From: Nostoc sp.
GTDB taxonomy: Bacteria > Cyanobacteriota > Cyanobacteriia > Cyanobacteriales > Nostocaceae
Assembly (NCBI GenBank): GCA_036918135.1
Contig: JBALDB010000011.1
Coordinates: 64,001 to 128,000 of the forward strand
Length of the DNA stretch: 64,000 nucleotides
Direction of reading: 5' to 3'
The notes under the pieces are model-generated. The model made no database searches and was not told the origin of the DNA. It saw only the letters and a list, made by a program, of their open reading frames with translations. Position 1 is the stretch's first letter. Every line of letters starts with the position of its first letter. Below are positions 59,721 through 64,000 of the stretch, piece after piece. The position numbers and the translations under genes were made by a program.

Positions 59721-59915
59721 TCAACTGGAAGTCTCATTAATTGGTGGTTGTGAGGGCTTAACCACAACCCGACCATTTTCAACCACAGTAGAATTTTTAC
59801 CAGTATTCTGACTGTATTTAGCTGGCACGTCCCGGCACTGCTTTTGGTGGGAAATATTTTGCTCCTGTTGTCGATCCAGGACAACAACACAAGAGGAACA
59901 GCAAGGGAAAGACAT
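59721..59915 (-). CDS. Possible small Cys-containing hypothetical protein
   Basis: 64-aa ATG-started ORF in an otherwise empty intergenic gap. Confidence 0.35.
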   Translation of the reverse strand: MSFPCCSSCVVVLDRQQEQNISHQKQCRDVPAKYSQNTGKNSTVVENGRVVVKPSQPPINETSS

Positions 59916-60087
59916 AAAAAGTATTTTGATCTCTATAATCTATTATCGCCCTATTAAATACCGTTTGGCTAAAGAATTTACTGCTGATAGCGATTTGAAC
60001 TGGGTAGAATACAGATGATTGTAGGGAGGCACAGTTGTGCGTGCTTACAATGCTTGTTTGACAGGGGTTAGACAGTGAGTTTTTCTA

Positions 60088-61776
60088 ATGAAAAAATTTT
60101 GGCGATACCTGGGTTTAAGTTTTGTATCTACGTTTTTGACTGCTACTCCGGGATTAGCAGCCGATCGCATTAGCTTTTATTACCCTCCCTTCGGTGAATT
60201 CTCTTTGTCTGTGGAATCGCTGGAAACTTTTGCCAAAGAAGGCAAAATCGACCGAGACTTTTCCTTTTATGCCAGCCGCGCCACTCCCGAACAACTCGCC
60301 CAACTGCGGGAGCTACTCCAGCAGCGCTTCAATATCAGTCCCACCTTAGTATCTCAGGTTACCTATTCACCTATAGGTGAAGAGGTGATACAACGTATAG
60401 GAGAATTACTCCAAACTGAATCTCGACAAAATGGTTTCTATGCCATACGTGGAGCTTTGATTATAGCTGCTGCCGATCCACAAGGCTTAACAGTTGTAAA
60501 TTTCCTGCGGAGATTTCCCAGCGATACTATCAGGCTGAATTATACAGAGGGACTAAGCATAGTCGATAACTTGTCACAACTGTTGAAAAAAAAGGATGAA
60601 GTTGTAGCTTATCTGCAAAAAGAAGCGACCGCAGCCGCAGCCAATTCAACCGTTGATTTTTCACAACTGCCAGATTTGCGATCGCCAGGAAAATTTCCTT
60701 GGCAGAAAAAAACCCTGGAACTAAATGACTATTCTCGCAATCGCCGTCTCCCAGTAGATATTTATTTACCTGAAGGTAATTCACAAACTCAAGCAAAACC
60801 CCCGTATCCGTTAATTGTAATTTCTCATGGTCTGGCTTCCGATCGCTCTAGCTTTGCTTACCTAGCTCAACATCTGACATCTTATGGTTTTGCCGTTGCG
60901 GTACTGGAACACCCTGGTAGTAATGCCGAACGCTTTCAGCTATACTTTGCAGGTTTGGCAGGGCCACCAGACCCAGCAGAATTTATCAACCGACCTTTGG
61001 ATATTAAGTTTTTACTCAATGAACTTGAGCGTTTGGACAAATCCGATCCCTCCCTCCAGGGAAAACTTAATTTTCAGCAAATTGGGGCGATCGGTCAGTC
61101 CTTTGGTGGTTATACTGTTTTAACTCTTGCAGGAGCAACGATTAACTTTAACCAACTCTACCGAGACTGTAATCCTAACAATTCATACTTTAATTTGTCG
61201 CTGTTGTTGCAGTGTCAAGCAATTAAGTTATCTCCAAAAAATTACCAACTCAAAGACGATCGCATCAAGGCGATTATGGCGATTAATCCCATTGATAGCT
61301 CAATTTTGGGTCAAGGGAGCATCAGTCAAATCAAAATTCCCGTAATGTTGGTAGCTGGTAGCCAAGATATTTTTGCCCCACCTGTATTTGAGCAAATTCG
61401 TCCTTTCACCTGGCTGACTGACTCCAATAAATACCTCGCTTTAATCGAAAATGCTACCCACTTTTCAGCGATTGCCGAACCTACTCCTGGGAATAGTGTA
61501 TTACCTGTACCGCCTGCTTTGATAGGCCCCAATCCTGCTCCTGTTTATTCCTATCTCAACGCCTTAAGCGTAGCTTTTTTAGAAACCGATCTCCTCAACC
61601 ACCCCGAATACCGCTCCTATTTGCAGCCATCTTACGCTCAATTTATTAGTCAAGAGTCTTTAAAGCTCAGTCTTTTACAGTCCTTGACACAAAATCAATT
61701 CAGTCAAGTTTGGAATGGGGTAATTCCTGAGTCAGTCAGACCTTCAAATCCTCAACCTACTCCTACACCACCTTAG
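60088..61776 (+). CDS. DUF1400 + alpha/beta hydrolase
   Basis: Signal peptide, ISHGLAS, HPGS, GQSFGG nucleophile elbow, THFS. Confidence 0.9.
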   Translation: MKKFWRYLGLSFVSTFLTATPGLAADRISFYYPPFGEFSLSVESLETFAKEGKIDRDFSFYASRATPEQLAQLRELLQQRFNISPTLVSQVTYSPIGEEVIQRIGELLQTESRQNGFYAIRGALIIAAADPQGLTVVNFLRRFPSDTIRLNYTEGLSIVDNLSQLLKKKDEVVAYLQKEATAAAANSTVDFSQLPDLRSPGKFPWQKKTLELNDYSRNRRLPVDIYLPEGNSQTQAKPPYPLIVISHGLASDRSSFAYLAQHLTSYGFAVAVLEHPGSNAERFQLYFAGLAGPPDPAEFINRPLDIKFLLNELERLDKSDPSLQGKLNFQQIGAIGQSFGGYTVLTLAGATINFNQLYRDCNPNNSYFNLSLLLQCQAIKLSPKNYQLKDDRIKAIMAINPIDSSILGQGSISQIKIPVMLVAGSQDIFAPPVFEQIRPFTWLTDSNKYLALIENATHFSAIAEPTPGNSVLPVPPALIGPNPAPVYSYLNALSVAFLETDLLNHPEYRSYLQPSYAQFISQESLKLSLLQSLTQNQFSQVWNGVIPESVRPSNPQPTPTPP

Positions 61777-61831
61777 TTATACTGCTAGTAATATCATGTC
61801 CGGTTGAATACTTATGATATCTGTGAGGGTT

Positions 61832-61938
61832 GGTAATGGGTAATGGGTAATAGGTAATGGGTGATGGGTAATGGGTAAACCTTCTTTTTCCCAATTCCCA
61901 ATTCCCTTTTTCCCAATTACCAATTCCCAATTCCCAAT
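61832..61938. repeat. STRR heptamer inverted array
   Basis: GGGTAAT repeats followed by TTCCCAA repeats between convergent genes. Confidence 0.8.
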
Positions 61939-61940
61939 GC

Positions 61941-63272
61941 CTACAAATCTGTTAGCAGCCTTGCTTTTCGCAGAACAAATGTCAGTACAGTTTCTTTTTT
62001 AGAAATGATATCAGCTGTAACTTCCATCCCTGGTTGAATGGGATAAGATTTACCATCCCTGTTTAAATAAAGTTTCTCTGCCTCAATAGTCACCTCATAG
62101 TAAGGCGCAACTGGATTGCCGTTAGCTTGAGATGTAATGGCGTCAGCGGTTATGGCTCTAACAGCACCTTTGAGGATGCCATAATCTGGGTAGGGATAGG
62201 CAGAAAGCCGCATTAGTACTTGTCCCTCTGGACATTTTGTTACTTGTACGACTTTACACATCTTGACTTTGCTAATATCAGAAGCGGCAACTCGGGCTTT
62301 AATCACAAGAGGGGCCGTACTCGGAGCAATTTGAGCGATCGGATCTCCAGCACGAACAACTTGCCCAGGATTTCTTAATTCCAGTTTCAGGATAGTACCT
62401 GCTTCTGAAGTCCGAATTATAGTTTTTTGTAGTTCCGCGAACAGTTGTCTAAGTTCTTGTTGAGCGTTGCTAATTTGGTTTTGAGTTTCAACTTGACGCC
62501 TGATGATTTCTTCTTTCTCTTTGTGCAATTGAGCAAGGGTAGACTCACCCTTTGTTGATTCTTGGGCAATGCGTTCTTGTGCGATCGCCACAGTAGCATC
62601 ACTGGGGTTTAGTCCCGCCTTTGCGTGTTCGAGTCTAGCAACAGCAGCTTTCAAAGCTTGTTCTTTTTCTTTAATTTGGAGAACGGCTATCGCTCCGGTA
62701 TTTCCCAACTGCCGATATCGCTTCATCTCCTCCTGAGCTAATTCAACAGCGGCTTCTGCTTCTTTGACATCGGACTGAGTAGTGATTTGCCGATCTCGAT
62801 AGTCTCTTTGGTTGCGACTTAAGTCAGCTTTTGCCGATGCGATCGCCTGTCGCATCGCATTAGTCTCTGCGCTGATTTGACCTTGTAGCGCTTTGAGTTG
62901 TGCATCGATTTGCAAGCGTTCTAACTGACTCTGGCGGATATTTCCGAGTATTTGATTTTTTTTACTTTGTAATTGGGAGTTGTCGATCAGGGCGATCCTA
63001 TCTCCCCTTTTCACAACTTGATTTTCTTTAACCTTAATGCTTATAACTGTTCCCTCAGTTGCTGCTTGCACTAACCGGATTTCTCCGGTTGGACGCACAG
63101 TACCATCCGCTTTCACTACTATATTGTATTGAATGACACTTGCAACGCTGAAGGCAACGCCAACAGCTCCAATTAAAAATAGTCCTCCCAGCTTTGTCCA
63201 ACTGCTAATTGGCGGAAGATATTCATCGCTTTCAACTAGGCGGAGAAAGTCTGGTTGGGGGTCAATAAGCAT
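61941..63272 (-). CDS. HlyD-family type I secretion membrane fusion protein
   Basis: N-terminal TM, VRPTGE, coiled coil, AYPYPDYG.LKG, IQPGME..ADII. Confidence 0.92.
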   Translation of the reverse strand: MLIDPQPDFLRLVESDEYLPPISSWTKLGGLFLIGAVGVAFSVASVIQYNIVVKADGTVRPTGEIRLVQAATEGTVISIKVKENQVVKRGDRIALIDNSQLQSKKNQILGNIRQSQLERLQIDAQLKALQGQISAETNAMRQAIASAKADLSRNQRDYRDRQITTQSDVKEAEAAVELAQEEMKRYRQLGNTGAIAVLQIKEKEQALKAAVARLEHAKAGLNPSDATVAIAQERIAQESTKGESTLAQLHKEKEEIIRRQVETQNQISNAQQELRQLFAELQKTIIRTSEAGTILKLELRNPGQVVRAGDPIAQIAPSTAPLVIKARVAASDISKVKMCKVVQVTKCPEGQVLMRLSAYPYPDYGILKGAVRAITADAITSQANGNPVAPYYEVTIEAEKLYLNRDGKSYPIQPGMEVTADIISKKETVLTFVLRKARLLTDL

Positions 63273-64000
63273 GAGCGCTAAAAAATATTTTCGTTATACA
63301 AATAATTTCGCTAAAAAAATCTTGCTAGCTTTCGCTGGATAACCAAGACTTAGGCTGAATGTATCGTTATCAACAACACAAATCACATACATCTTAGTCT
63401 AAACAACAACTAACGCATTTTAATCTACATACTAAATCTTTATAATTACCTTCTAAACTTTTATCCTTTCTTTAATTTATTGGTAAAAATTTGTATTATT
63501 AAAAAAGCTTTTTTCAGAAAAATAAATAATTAACAAACCTAAGCGCTTTTATATAAACATATCTTATGTCCATATATACTACAAGTGTATAAACTCGATA
63601 AATCTTATCAGATTTTTACGTAATTTTTTCTAGATGAAAGACAGAATTTACATATTTAAGTTCTCTCAATTTACTTCAAACAGTTTGTATAAAAAACTCT
63701 ATTTTTTGAGGAATTTTCGATGAAAATTCCTATTTTATCAGTATTTATAGGTAATAAATTATATCTATTTTCTTCTAATTAACAACATCATCAGGTTGTT
63801 CTACAGTCGAAGACATAATAATGTCTACAATTTTTTTTAATATAATAAATTATGAAAAAAGTATAAATAACAACTAAATAATATTTCTCTGGAGAGAGTT
63901 TTATACATATTTCTTAAATAGCAGTTGCTTGACGAGACCAACTGCGACCGTATAATACATTTAGCAACACAAAGAAGTTATGAAATATACTCTTTTTATA

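Overview
Chromosomal window from a heterocyst-forming cyanobacterium (Nostoc/Anabaena-like), judged from abundant HIP1 GCGATCGC sites, STRR heptamer repeats and hetF. Housekeeping and physiology genes include a sugar ABC permease, SLH porin, kdpA-kdpB-kdpF/G-kdpC, chlI, an ARTO/cox3-type oxidase operon with two DUF2231 genes, mop-modA, FTR1, mnmA, nnr, an AvaK-like PRC/DUF2382 pair, a KirBac channel and HlyD. The most striking non-coding feature is an ORF-free stretch upstream of hetF holding a tandem array of ~60-nt sRNA units. Five are intact, each with TCCGG(A/T) exactly 36 nt upstream and its own terminator, and two are decayed and carry MITE-like insertions. This matches the known NsiR1 array. 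The best candidate for something less described is a Roco protein next to hetF: 17 near-identical LRRs, Roc-COR, a RHIM-like segment and a 2-TM tail with a possible internal start. The window also has three orphan 21-bp tandem arrays (two share a unit), small elements inserted into HIP1 sites (some nested), many MITE/REP-like elements and several pseudogenes (Rpn/DUF4351, modB remnant, a CBM protein, MFS). No tRNA, rRNA, CRISPR array or intact transposase was seen. All family assignments come from motif recognition, not database searches.
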